From Octopus vulgaris (taxonomy: Eukaryota): DNA of 64,000 bases. This document shows, in pieces, positions 39,454 to 52,425 of the stretch; position 1 is the first letter of the stretch, and each line of letters begins with the position of its first letter. The notes beneath the pieces are model-generated. The model did no database searches, was not told where the DNA came from, and saw only the letters and a list, made by a program, of their open reading frames with translations. A program made the position numbers and the translations under genes. The DNA lies in the NCBI GenBank assembly GCA_951406725.2, contig OX597816.1, positions 28,644,001-28,708,000 on the forward strand. The letters are read 5' to 3'.

Positions 39454-39684
39454 CTTTACTGCCCACAAGGGGTTAAACAGAGAGGGGACAAACAAGGACA
39501 GACAAAAGGATTAAGTCGATTACATCGACCCCTGTGCGAAACTGGTACTTTATTTATCGACCCCGAAAGAATGAAAGGCAAAGTCGACCTCGGCGGAATT
39601 TGAACTCAGAACGTAACTCAGCAGACGAAATACCACTAAGCTTCTCGCCCGACGTGCTAACGTTTCTGCCAGCTCACCGCCTTC
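39452..39684 (-). mobile_element. tRNA-derived SINE, family A, well-preserved copy
   Basis: Minus-strand head gaaggcggtgagcTGGCAGAAACG...ctgaGTTCAAATTCCgccgaggtcgac; 3' part matches 62622-62785. Confidence 0.9.
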
Positions 39685-41468
39685 ATATATCTACATACGT
39701 GTGTGCATATGCTTGTTCGTATATGTGACTGCAGTTTACTGTAGCATTCATATATATTCATATATCATACACCTCAGAAAAACCTTGTGAATTAAACACA
39801 TTTCTCTTCTTTTCCAAGTGCACCAATTTATAATATAGGCGGTTTTCTTTTAGATAACTCTTGATATATTATTGATACGACCTTTTAAGGTTATTGCAAT
39901 AAAATTGTTCTGGCGTTTTGTATTTTTGCCCCCCCACCCAAAAAAGACGAAAATAGATGTGCTGGCGACATGTATGACTATTGTCATACATACAGCCTCC
40001 TGATATTCATAATTATCAGAATGGAAACGTTATCGTTTATGGTGACACTGCGAACTTTGATTTATTGAACCAATGCAAACGATGAATTCTCAATAGCACT
40101 TTATATATGAAATAAGTGCCTCTAACCTTCCGCCAATCTTATCTTATGCATCGTCTGCTGAGAACTTAACATCCTCGCTGAAGCGTAAACTTAAGATTTT
40201 TAGGTATTCAAAACGTTCTATACAAAGCTAAGTATTTATAAAATGAATGATGACGGAGAAAAAATAAAAGATAAATGAAAAAAATGTATACGTGCAGACA
40301 TATATATTTATATATGCATATGTATATGCGTATACGTATGTATGTATAAATGTATGTATGTATGTTATAAAGACAGATATTATGAGACTTCAATATATTT
40401 ATGAAGACTGACATGAGATGAAGAAGGAGAATAGTGTTGAATATATGAGCTAGTGATTCGAGAGTAGAATCTAATAATCCATAGTTCTGTAGAGATTGTT
40501 ACGATACGTTACTCAATGTAAACAGAATTCGTATTCAAACAGATAACAGCAACAACAGGGGATAAGAAAAAAGTAGTTACGATCGTCGTCTAAATCAATC
40601 CGTATAATATTTTCTTTATTCGGAACTACTGTTGCTTAATTGAGTATATGAAAGACATTCGTTCATACATTAAAATGTATATTGTTAGCTTGAAAATATT
40701 CAATTATTCGTAACCTTCTGACATTCCTTTTCGCTATGTTAAGCTATTACGCTCTCCAAACCTTAGGTGATATAGAATATTGCTTCCACATTGGAAATTG
40801 TGCTGCTCTCAAACTGATAAATTTGAATGACAACGTATAAAGAAATTGGACCGTTTATTTTTGACTTGCTTGTCAAACTCTGTAAAAGACTATCGTCCAA
40901 ATAAGAGGTGTCGCCTCTCCCACTGCGTTTTCCACTCTTTTTCTGCCTCAAACACGTTGAAATGCTGGTTTTGTTCTCATTCTACTGTTCATATTCACCA
41001 CTGTCTCACTTGTCTCCAATTTCCTCGTCATCCATATTGTGTCCACTCTATAAAAGGTTGTATAGAAATTAGTTACATTGAAATATAGACCTTCATGTAT
41101 CACTCCTTGTATTCGTGTCGCCTGAAACCTATTAAAATTTCTACACTCTCACTCGGACATGTTTCGTGGGACCTGCGAATACAATGGATATACCTCCTAT
41201 CGATGTGAATATAAAATCAAAATAACTTATGTTCCTTTCCGTCGAGCAATGATGTAGGCGGCATACCAGTAACGTTATTGCAAACAGACTCTTCAAAAAG
41301 CAAATTATGCTGCTGTTCTGTGAGGTGCAGTTTGTAAGAAGTATTTACGTCTGCTAAAATGATTCTTTTCCAAGGTGTAATAGTTTTGTTCAGATACATA
41401 TGTATATGAGCAAAGTAGCTAGTTCTAAAATCTCTAAACGATATATATATATATATATATGTATGTGC

Positions 41469-41535
<67 letters not shown>

Positions 41536-41679
41536 CAGGAAAACTCTATCTAGAAGATATCATGTTCTATGTTAGCTTGATGTCATTGCTTCATATATTT
41601 ATATAATGTATATGAGTAAGTATATCCTTCAGCAATGGGCATATCCCACCAAGTTTACTCCCTCACAACTTCCAGAAAA

Positions 41680-42545
41680 ATAGATGGTTTTCAATTAAAT
41701 TTTCCGGAATTACACTTCAGATAATGCAGATGCCAATTATACTGGATTTTTTTGTGATGGAAAAATGATCGGGGTTGATGCACTCAACCCCGATCATTTT
41801 GAAAATTCACACGAACAAATCCACACATTCCTTTCCTGATAAATTTCGGAAAAGATAAGTATTCTTAAACGAAATTTTTTCACGTGCTTTTCAAGGGTTT
41901 TGAATTACGATTATATAGGAATATAATATGAAAATTTAAATTGGTACGATAGCGTTTTGCATGCTGACTCACATCACATTCTGTAGCTGTATGTGACATG
42001 TATGAGTACGTATATGTACTATCCCACTAATTTCATTTTTTATAATAAATTCTGATATGATAGTCGTTATGCACACTATGAACAGTATTTCTAGAAAATT
42101 TCATGAAAAGTTAACCGCTTTCTCCAAGTTATGAGGAAACATGTACAACATTTCCACCTGCTGCTTGCTGTATATCATTGCGTATGTATTACAGGGTTGG
42201 CTGTGTGTCCTCATAACTTTCGGAAAAATGGTTATTTTTAAATTATTTATGTAAATTTCAATAAATACTTTTCAGAGTCTATAGAAAATGATTATGCTGG
42301 GATTTAGTATGAAAATATAACTAGAGGGATAGTTCGCAGAAATATTGACAAAAAAAAATGTTTATTTTGAAACATCTTTTTCGCAACAAATTACGAGAAA
42401 ATCGAAATCTGCAAAATCTGAGGCATATATGTGTCGGTGTGTTGCATCTAACGTCCTCCACTTAGCGATTGCCCTTGCGCAAACATTACCGGACGTCCAT
42501 GGAGTATGTGCATTTTTAAGGAATTATAATCGCACCCCTAAATGA
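41680..42545. mobile_element. Probable non-autonomous DNA transposon (MITE-like), degraded
   Basis: Perfect 17-bp hairpin aaaatgatcggggttga/tcaaccccgatcatttt at 41762-41800; weakly complementary ends; boundaries uncertain. Confidence 0.4.
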
Positions 42546-42783
42546 AAACCTTGTCTACCAGTGTGAATTTTGGGCACAGAGGAACACAGACCTTGCCATC
42601 CACTCAAGAAACCAAATACTAAATTATCCACAAGCACTTGAGCAATCTGATTCCTCAACTAGTTCCATTTGCCAAAACGTTTGCAAGGCACTAGCAAGTC
42701 TCAAGAGACACATGCGTATCTACAGAACATGATTAGCGCTTTATTTTACTGAACCCTCATTTCTCGTTTAGGACCAGAAAATG

Positions 42784-42837
<54 letters not shown>

Positions 42838-42839
<2 letters not shown>

Positions 42840-43074
42840 AGAGTTTACGGAACAAAAACAAAAGACGAAGACTGGTGGTGTACAAAACAAACAGATGTAT
42901 TAGTCTAGCGGTCAGGAATAGAAAAAAGTGTCTTACGTTTCTTCTACGCTCTTCTACAGAAAGGGTCACAGAAAAAACAAGGAGAGAAACAAGGAGAGAA
43001 AAAAAGAGGGAAACGAGGAGAGAAAACAATGCGTGTAGTGTCTAACGATTTATCATGGCGACTAGACATGGCGA

Positions 43075-43077
<3 letters not shown>
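42838..43077 (-). mobile_element. Short non-autonomous PLE-type element with HHR-like motif (CUGUAGA core)
   Basis: Minus strand cccuuu CUGUAGA agagc guag aa GAAAC GUA agac with helix II damaged; homologous to 62260-62550; TA on both sides. Confidence 0.7.
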
Positions 43078-43122
<45 letters not shown>

Positions 43123-43126
<4 letters not shown>

Positions 43127-43504
43127 TATTACATTATATAAAAGGGCTTAGTAAAATAAATTACTTTGCCACATACTGAACTCATTAGAAATAGCAGCCA
43201 AAAAAAAACTTTTTTAAATCTATTTCTAATACTTAAAGAAAATCTCTCTCATATATAGTGTTTGCTCACAACTCACGTAAGTAGGGGTAAAGACATTAAA
43301 AAATCAAATGCAAAGGTTTTTTTTTTAATGTATTTACCCCCATACTTTCGTGAGTTGAATTGAGCAAACACTATATATGAGAGAGATTTTCTTTAAGTAT
43401 TAGAAATAGTTTAAAAAAAGTTTTTTTGGCTGCTATTTCTAATGAGTTCAGTATGTGGCAAAGTAATTTATTTTACTAAGCCCTTTTATATAATATAATA
43501 ATTT
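43123..43504. repeat. Long inverted repeat (about 180-bp arms, short spacer) within a TA-flanked element
   Basis: aaagggcttagtaaaataaattactttgccacatactgaactcattagaaatagcagcc... is mirrored at about 43318-43504; a fragment of the same family is at about 62047-62086. Confidence 0.92.
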
Positions 43505-43587
43505 GAATTCGCCTTAAATGGTCCCTTTGCATACTGAACACTTGGTGAAATTGATTAATAATTAATTAATTTTACCCTAAATTGTTG

Positions 43588-43627
<40 letters not shown>

Positions 43628-43759
43628 CGTGGGTAAGGGAAAGAAATTGCGAAGTAAATTCAAGGTAAATCACAAGAAAACAAATATGAGAATTAATGTA
43701 GACTTACCTTGCATTCAATATTTCGAGTTTATGACCCCATTTTCAAAAAACTGACGAAT

Positions 43760-44150
43760 GTTGCCGATGCACTTGTGTGTTAGCGTGTGTGGAGTGGACA
43801 TGCCACAATTCAGAGTCAATGATGGGGCAGTTCGACAATGTCCTCGCGTCAGAGTAGTGAGAGGTTTTGTTCTTGGACAGAACTTTTCTCAGAGAAGGGC
43901 CGGCGTGCACCATCTGTATGTCGAATCCTTCCCTGCGGACTGCGTGTGGTATACTTGTGCAGAAAGGTGTTGCGATAGCAACCAGCTAGCTTCCTGTAAC
44001 TCTCTTCTTTTGTTGATCTTGGGTTTCTTTTGGTATATGGGGATGGCGTCAGTGATTCTAAGGTTGTCCCCGTTCCGCTGTGTTTCTTTGATGTGCATTG
44101 TGAATGTCTGGCATTTCCCTAGATGATTTATTCACGAAAGTGTCTGCCTA
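43760..44150 (-). mobile_element. Penelope-like element fragment (GIY-YIG C-terminus and linker)
   Basis: NHLGKC...MHIKETQRNGDNLRITDAIPIYQKKPKINKRREL and HAVRREGFDIQMVHAGPSLRKVLSK. Confidence 0.55.
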
Positions 44151-44198
44151 AATGTGTTCCTTAATGCGTAATTATTCCATTATAATATATAGACATAC

Positions 44199-44255
<57 letters not shown>

Positions 44256-44434
44256 AATATCTATGTGCACGTGCAAATATATATGTATACATATATCTGT
44301 ACATATTTGTATATATGCATATATATATATATATAGTCAATCCAAATATGAACAAGCAATACAAACAATAACGCGAGGACGTGGAATAAGTACAGTGTTA
44401 TTAGACGCTCAGGAAAGGAAAGATAAGAAAAGGG

Positions 44435-44469
44435 ATTTCATGTTTCGAGCGGAGCTCTTCATCAGAAAT
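44435..44469 (-). ncRNA. Degenerate minimal HHR with canonical core, related to the A6U family
   Basis: auuu CUGAUGA a GAGC ucc GCUC GAAAC AUG aaau; AUG is not an NUH triplet. Confidence 0.6.
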
Positions 44470-44739
44470 ATAGAAAAAGTCCAAAGAATGGGAAGACGAA
44501 GAAAGAAAATACACACGCGGTCACATATATATAAATTTTTGTATTCGTTTCTTGATTCAGTCATTTGACTGTGGACATGCTGGTGCATCGCCTTTAGTCG
44601 AAGAAATGGATCCCAGGACTTATGCTTTGTAACCCTAGTACTTATTCTATCGGTATTTTGTCTATTAGTTTTCATTTATTTATATCTGTATCTATCTGCT
44701 TGTTTGTCTGTCTGTCTTAAGTGTATGTTAAGATCTTGG

Positions 44740-45155
44740 GGATCTTTTCGGTTTGAACGGCAGTTTTTAACATAATTTCTAGGTAACTACACAATTTTAA
44801 ACCTCGTATACTGGTAGAATGTGTTTATAAAACATCTTTTCCTCTTGGTTTTATTGAGAAATTTCTATAGTTTGTAAGATATTTGTTGCTTTTTTCTTCA
44901 ATTTCTGAAATTTCAACCAATCAGTGACGTCCATTGAGGTAAAAAAAAAAACATTCTGTGCCGTATGTATATGTCTCTCGTTTAAGAAACAGATTGGGTT
45001 TATTTACATTTGTGAAGAAAAAAAGATACCCCTCTCCCCACCCCTAACCCTAAAACAGGTAGAAATGCAATAGATTGATACAAGGGACATAATTATGGGT
45101 GACAATTTCATATGACACGGCTAGAAAAAAACTGCAGTTCAAACCGAAAAGATCC
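44740..45155. mobile_element. Non-autonomous Merlin-like DNA transposon (MITE)
   Basis: TIRs GGATCTTTTCGGTTTGAACGGCAGTTTTT; perfect 8-bp TSD GATCTTGG (44732-44739 and 45156-45163); 5'-GG termini with an 8-bp TSD fit Merlin. Confidence 0.85.
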
Positions 45156-45604
45156 GATCTTGGACCTTTAAAAATTAATATAATTTGACTTTGGAGACAA
45201 GAAATTATATACTTCAATATTTCAATTTGTTTTTTGATTCATAAACTCGTGTGCCAATGATACTTACCTAAAAATATTTTGAAAGAAACCAACATATTAA
45301 AAGTTATTGCATTATTTTTCATTAAAACATTCATCTTTCGTTAAAATGCGAAAATAATTTGACGATGTAAGATTTGCAACACTAAGCATGAAAATAGATT
45401 TAATGAACGCTGATGGCTTAATGTACAAATGTTGACATATTGGCTATAAACTTTCTTTTTGATGTTCTTAACGACCACAACAGTGTCAACGATGGACTTT
45501 ATGAAATACATTTTGTAGATGATAAATATAAGATAAATATAAAATCATTGACGTTTTCTCATCTGCTTCAAAACTAAACAGCATTCTAAACGGTATGCTG
45601 CATA

Positions 45605-45868
45605 TTTCATTCCGAAAAGCTCTACCTGCGACGATTTCATCTCAATCGAAGGAGAGGAGCTTTCTCCGTCCGGGTTGCGGATCCGTGGAACAAGCTGCCA
45701 GACGAGATGGTGAAGATACCGACGACCGCTTTGTTCAAAGCCTCCCTTGACCTCAAGTGGCCTGAACTCTTTACATGAACACCACCCTGTACTTAACTCC
45801 ATATCCCCCTACATGGCCTTGCTATTTGCTTTTGAGCCAAATTAACTAAGTAACTAACTAACTAACTA
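45605..45868 (+). mobile_element. CR1-clade LINE extreme 3' end
   Basis: HSEKLYLRRFHLNRRRGAFSVRVADPWNKLPDEMVKIPTTALFKASLDLKW*, short UTR and (CTAA)n tail. Confidence 0.85.
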
Positions 45869-46048
45869 TTTGGAAAATGTTAAGAAAACTTGTTACACAG
45901 CCAGTGTAATAAAGGTTACTATAGATTCTATACTGAATAAGCACTGTGTTGCGGACCTAATAAATGGTTTCGGATGAATATAGCGATGTCTTATTCACAG
46001 TAGTTATGACAGCGCTTCACAACGCTTATCCCCAGAAAGATACTCTCC

Positions 46049-46460
46049 GGATCTTTTCGGTTTGAAAGACAGTTTTTTCTAGCGGTGTCATATGAAATTG
46101 TCACCCATAATTATGATTCTAGTATCGATCTATTGCATTTCAATCTATTTTAGGGTTAGGGGTGGGGAAAGGGTATCTTTTTTTCTTCACAAATGTAAAT
46201 AAACCCAATATGTTTCTTAAACGAGGGACATGTTCATACGGCACAGAATGTTGTTTAACTCAATGGACGTCAGTGATTAGTTGAAATTGCGTAAATTGAA
46301 GAAAAACAAAGCAACAAATATCTTACAAACTATAGAATTTTCTCAATAAAGCCAAGAGTAAAAGATGTTTTATAAACACATTCTACCAGTATACGAAGTT
46401 TAAAATCTTTTAGATACCTAGAAATTTTGTTAAAAACTGCCGTTCAAACCGAAAAGTTCC
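46049..46460. mobile_element. Second Merlin-like MITE copy, opposite orientation
   Basis: Same TIRs and internal sequence inverted; TSD TACTCTCC / CGCTCTCC. Confidence 0.85.
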
Positions 46461-47974
46461 CGCTCTCCTACTGTTGTATTGCTCTATTATTAGAGAGTCC
46501 TCTTATTAGAACTGGTTTTTATTCATCTTTAAATATTTCTTTCAGTAATCATTAATTTTGTTCTCTAGAGTAATGCCGTGGCTTCCTCAATACACAAGTT
46601 TCTTTTTAAATGATTTGAATTTTCAAATATCCTCATATTCCATCTTCGAGGCAAGGATGAGAGATGACAGTGTGTAATATTTATATATTTTCCAATATGT
46701 TATGTTTGGCTTCATGCAAACAAGTGTATCCATGGATGTGTATAGGTGTCTGAGCGTGCGTATGTGTGATTATTTACTTATTCTAGTAGTATTGATCGAG
46801 GGTTACGGATAGGAGCTGTTTTACACCAGCTTTGCCTTTTAATGCCTCTCCTTGTAATTCTTTCTGAGTCGATAAAATGAAGAATCACTCAAACAGAAGG
46901 AGGGTCGATGGAATCGATCAACCACTTTCGTTGAAATCGTTGGCCTTCCGCCTAAAACATTAACATATACAATTATTAAGCATGTGTGAGTTAGAAAGAA
47001 AGGGAGAAATAGAGAGAAGGAGAGGGGGAGAAAGAGTGAGTGTGTGTGTCTGTTTGTCGGTGTGTGTGTCTGTGCTAGGGGAGGGATAATTGTCTTGTGG
47101 CCCAAGTCATTACACATTGCTGTATAAACTACTAATTTTCTACCACTCGAGGCGACTTAGGCGACTTAGGCGACTTAGCCAAGGAATACGGTGGGTCGTC
47201 ACAATGGTATTAAATTGTCAATCATCACTAACTACAATTGTCATGGTTTCCCGCGTATTGACCTTGCGAATTAGTCGTAGATCACGTGATCAATTTTGTA
47301 CATGGTGAAAATGATTGAAGCAGAGACACTGACATGTTTTACAAGCATATCGAATCTATGCCTGAAATGAAAACTCAACTCTTCTCCTCTATTATTGGTT
47401 TAAACCTCCTTCGACATCAGGTTTCTCATGGTAAGAGAAACTTCATAATCTTAGGTCTTATTTCATCTCAGGTCTTATTTGATTCCTTCTACTGAATAGT
47501 ATTTCTAGATGCACAAAGCTTGATGTCCTTCAAGTATTACTGTGTCCACATTAAAGTTTTAACTGTTTAGTTTTAACCAGTGATATCATTCAGATTACAA
47601 AAAATGCATTCATATAAGACAAGATTATTTAGATATTAAAGTCAAATTAAATAAAAATGTGATACTGTGTGAAATAGTAACAAACACAGATATACAGGAC
47701 ATATGAATGATATAAAAAATAACAGCGAATTTGTTTTCTGAGCATTCAGAATGGCATTACAATGAAAATATTAAATAATCGTTTTCTAGGATATTAATTG
47801 ATGTTTACGATACATTTACTGTCACATTAAGGTAATATATTTCTACATTAAGCGACTATATATCCATAAAGATTATGAATGAGTTAAATTTATGAAAGGA
47901 GTAACTAGATAGCTTTCAACATAATTTTTAATCGAAATGAAGGGAGTTGATATTTCCAAAGCAACATTAGCCAC

Positions 47975-48272
47975 ATACATGCATACACACTAACATACAC
48001 ACATTCGTACATACACGCGTGCATACATACATACATACATACATACATACATACATACATACATACATACATACATACATACATTCATACATACATACAT
48101 ACATACATACATACATACATTCATACATACATACACACATACATACGTACATACATACATACACGCGTGCGTACATACATATGTGCATGCATACATACAC
48201 ACGTACACACATATATACGTAGGTACATACATGAATACGTGCATACATACATACATACCTACATACATACAT
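47975..48272. repeat. (ATAC)n microsatellite
   Basis: Direct reading. Confidence 0.95.
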
Positions 48273-48464
48273 GCCAAAAACAACTGGAATTAACATTTTC
48301 AGCTTATATAGACATAAAATTTGGTCAACAGAAATGTTCATACTTGGTTATAGAACGAGGAAATACTGTCACCCTAACCCAAAACCTGTTCATCAACGGT
48401 TATTTTAATCTACCCCATTCCATACAAAGAATGTTACAAGTAGCTAGGCATAGACGAAAATGTA

Positions 48465-49815
48465 TCATATGAAGGCACTGTAGAATAAAGATACAGCGAC
48501 CCGAGAATATTACACTAGACTTTGGAAAATATGGCTGCCAGAACTCACCTCTTACAACAAAGCAATATCCCTCAATGCATTTACAGTACCAGTGGTGATC
48601 CCAACATTTGGGTTACTTGATTGGTCTGTAGAGGAAATCCATTCCGTAGATATCAAAACCCCCAAAATTCTGGCAACAACTGAGAACTTCCACAGAAATA
48701 ATGATGTTGACAGATGGCCTTCGAATGCCGCATTTTATCACTCACGCAGTATCTGCAAAACAACAGCAGCAAAAATAAATATATTAATGCAGTCCTGAAA
48801 AGTGAAGTGAGCAACATTGTACCAGTTGGCAGTGAGCTCCTCAAGAAGAACGCTCTTTCTGATGATCTCTTATACAGCTCCAAAACATCTGGGCTCTCTT
48901 ACCAGAGAAGACCTGGATGGAAAGCACTCAGCTTGAAGAAAAGAAACAAAAGAAAAACAGACCAAGCATGGGTATGTTTCCCGGAAGCTTGAAGATGACC
49001 GTATAATTGACACGAAGCGCAGCCTCTCTTGGACACAAGACCACTACATCACATCACATCACATTTTGAAGGCTATACGTTTGCATTCCAGGGACAGGAG
49101 ATTGCCTCAATGTACCTGGTGAACAAGGGACATAGTGATGCTCTTGTAATCTCAAGGTGCAACCGCATGTGTAGGCTATATCATGTTTCTGTGAAAGACA
49201 ATACGCATGTGATTTGCAGGTGTCGTAAAATGTCGTCACGGCACTACCTCCCTATGCGGCATGATATTGTTGCCAAAAGAATTTACAATGCCATCCGCAA
49301 AAATGACTATCCTAAAATAAACTTAGAAAACCCATCTGTTATGGAATACATTCATAAACATTACCTGAAGGAATACTGCTAGAATATTTCCATCTAAACT
49401 TCTGTCAAATGTAAGCATAACAGGCGGATATTGTTGTTTGGGACAGCGGGGCAAAGGTGCATACCATCATGTGTTAGCACTCCAGCAAATGTAAATATCT
49501 CTTTGACAATCAAAGAAAAATAGGATCTCTGTGGACAACTGCTTCGAAACCTCCAGCTTCTATATCCGGACTATGAATTCATATTCATACCAATATTGAT
49601 TGGGGCACTAGGTTTTGTCAGCAAATGCTTAAAGGAGAATCTGGATAAACTGATTCGTATAAGTTCATTATGTGAGTGGAACAGTAAAAATATGCAAGAC
49701 GTTCTCAAGTTCCAAATGTGAATTTGTCTAGGCTAATTACATCCCGAATATGGAGCCTTGTATCTTTGTTGGAGACTGGCTCCCTCCGCAGTGGAATATG
49801 TATAATATTTAAAAA
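48465..49815 (+). pseudogene. R4/Dong-clade non-LTR retrotransposon 3' part (RT thumb, CCHC knuckle, REL endonuclease), disrupted
   Basis: EYYTRLWKIWLPELTSYNKAISLNAFTVPVVIPTFGLLDW...FHRNNDVDR; SHFEGYTFAFQGQEI; CRLY...THVICRC...RHDIVAK; KCKHNR.DIVVWD; FIPILIGALG. Confidence 0.88.
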
Positions 49816-50402
49816 ATAGAAGAGACAAACATATATACACACATATCGTGTATGACATGTATATTTACAGATTACTCATTTCATAGAAATAAAGAAGTCT
49901 TCAGCTTTGGTTAAGCGGTATAATTATTAACAATATTTCGCATATATTTACCATTCACCTTAGCCCTTAAAGTATTCTCTACTGACGCACATGTGTGTTT
50001 CACAACTAAATAAGGAAATGTCACATCTGGTACGCTCACGCACAGAAACGCGCGCGTGCGTGTATAATTCACTGTCAGCAAACTGTGACGCAGGGTGCAG
50101 GCAGTAACAGCATTGCTAGAAATAAGAGTCAAAGGACTTTTCTAGCCACGAATGATTATGTCTTTTTTTCACGGATATTTTCATGTATTGGTGAAAAGTC
50201 AACTGTGTTGGAGAGTACAAAAGTGAAAATTCTCGAGAAAAATTCGCCAGAAGGTCGAAATGAAATGCATCTGAATAGTGGAAAAGAGGGGCATAGAAGA
50301 GTGACAAATAGTGCAGATCATTATTATTAAGGGTCAGCCGTGTCGAACATTGATGGAATACTGTAATAATTACTGAATGATTCATGCCGGGGATCAAGAT
50401 GT

Positions 50403-50406
<4 letters not shown>

Positions 50407-50454
<48 letters not shown>

Positions 50455-50499
50455 CTGTGTGTGTGTGTGTGTGTGTACACATATATATGAATATATATT

Positions 50500-50541
<42 letters not shown>

Positions 50542-50696
50542 GAATGTGCCGGTGTGTTTGTATATATGCATATATTTTCTCTTGTGTTTAAATGTACACT
50601 ATTTTGTATTGAGGATATGTTGTCTATTGACTCTTTATACATGCTAGACTACTAGTGGGGAAATTTCTAAAAATATTCGTTATCCTATGTATTTAC

Positions 50697-50742
<46 letters not shown>

Positions 50743-50776
50743 CTGTGTGTGTGTGTGTGTGTACACATATATATGA

Positions 50777-50837
<61 letters not shown>

Positions 50838-50992
50838 GAATGTGCCGGTGTGTTTGTATATATGCACATATTTTCTCTTGTGTTTAAATGTACACTATTT
50901 TGTATTGAGGATATGTTGTCTATTGACTCTTTATACATGCTAGACTACTAGTGGGGAAATTTCTAAAAATATTCGTTATCCTATGTATTTAC

Positions 50993-51038
<46 letters not shown>
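50407..51038. repeat. Local tandem duplication, period about 296 bp
   Basis: Unique block atggaatgtgccgg...atcctatgtatttacgt at about 50539-50698 and 50835-50994, each preceded by the same TA/GT pattern. Confidence 0.9.
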
Positions 51039-51040
<2 letters not shown>

Positions 51041-51961
51041 CTACTGACATCAGAGTATATTTTGTGAAAAGGAAATATTTCTCTTTCGATTTGGGGCCGG
51101 TCGTAAGGGACACATCTATAAGTAAATGCATGTAAACATAGGGTTAAAAAGCTCTTTGCATAGTAACAGTTGAAAGCTGTCCTTGGGACACGAACACACA
51201 TCTCCCAATATAACAGTTGCTCTACCATTGGTCAATAACGAGCCTTTCAATACATACGTATTCCTACCCTTAAATCGAGAGTAGTGGAAGGGAAGTAGAT
51301 ATTCTTAAAAGGAAGCCTGGCCAAGATGCTAGCAAAGACTGAACGTTTCTAAAATCTCTCTTAGTGTGAAGTAATGGAGTGATAGTGGACGAGGGGCGAA
51401 GTCGACTACATTAATTTTAGTCATATTGTACAGCGTGAAGGTTTAAGCTAGTAGAGCTTTCCCTACTTATCCGTCTGTTTCAGTATCACTTTGTTTTATG
51501 GCTGTGTCTGTCTGTGGTGTAGGAGGGCAAATTTGAAGAAACATTGCTTTAGTTCGAGCGCGTTGTGTTCAATCCTAAATACCGTCCATAACAGGTTTGT
51601 GCTACATTTTTTCGGTATCAAAACCTACTGTAATCACTTCTCCTTTGTTCTTCGTCTGTCTCTACCGCATCCCTCCTTCTCCCTGTTTCTCAACTTCGGC
51701 TGCGCTGCTTTGTTAAAAGAACATGGAGAGACACTTGAATTATTTTCTGCCAAGACAACCAGAACAACTCAATCGGAGAAGGACTACTTGTTCAAGGGAG
51801 TGATGATGGTGTATGGCAGACGGAAAATATAGGTTTCCCAATAATAAGTTCGATAATTCCAGATATGCAAGCCATAGGAGCGTTAAGTTCCCCAATTACT
51901 TGTCAAATCGAGGTGAACTCAACGGTATACATATATCTTCAATGCGGAATAAGCATAGTTA

Positions 51962-52012
<51 letters not shown>

Positions 52013-52030
52013 TATATATAAATATATATA

Positions 52031-52425
52031 CTAGCAGTATCGCCCGGCTTTGCTCGGGTTTGTAAGGGAAATAACTATGTAAGCGTTTTTAGAGATGTAA
52101 AGTATAATAGCCATCTCAATATGGCTAACCACAAAGAGGAGGGTGTTACTGTAGCTTTTTACGTTCTGAGATTTAATAATAAATTTTTAGAGAGTTACTT
52201 CCCTAATATATGCCAAAATGCATTAAAAATTGGAAAAATTGATGGTAATTTTTTTTTAAATCGTAGACTCATTGTAGACGCGCGCTAATACCCAGAAGGG
52301 CTCGATATGAATCACGACTATAACATACCCGGTTTTGGTTAAACTGCACCGCAAAATGTGGGAGTAGTTAGGAAGGTAAATCGTAGGAGAGAGACAGCAC
52401 ACAACCTCACTTTTATATATAAAGA
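52031..52425 (-). mobile_element. Non-autonomous Helitron
   Basis: On the minus strand begins TC(tttatatataaaag) at 52425 and ends with a GC hairpin (cccgagc aaa gccggg) followed by CTAG at 52031; inserted between A and T, no TSD. Confidence 0.8.

Noticed and set aside
43700-43755. Minus-strand AG|GTAAG donor with a short upstream exon
   Set aside because: All three frames hit stops and the acceptor lies at a PLE fragment edge.
45040-45055. Telomeric CCCTAA repeats
   Set aside because: Only two units, internal to a MITE and present in both MITE copies.
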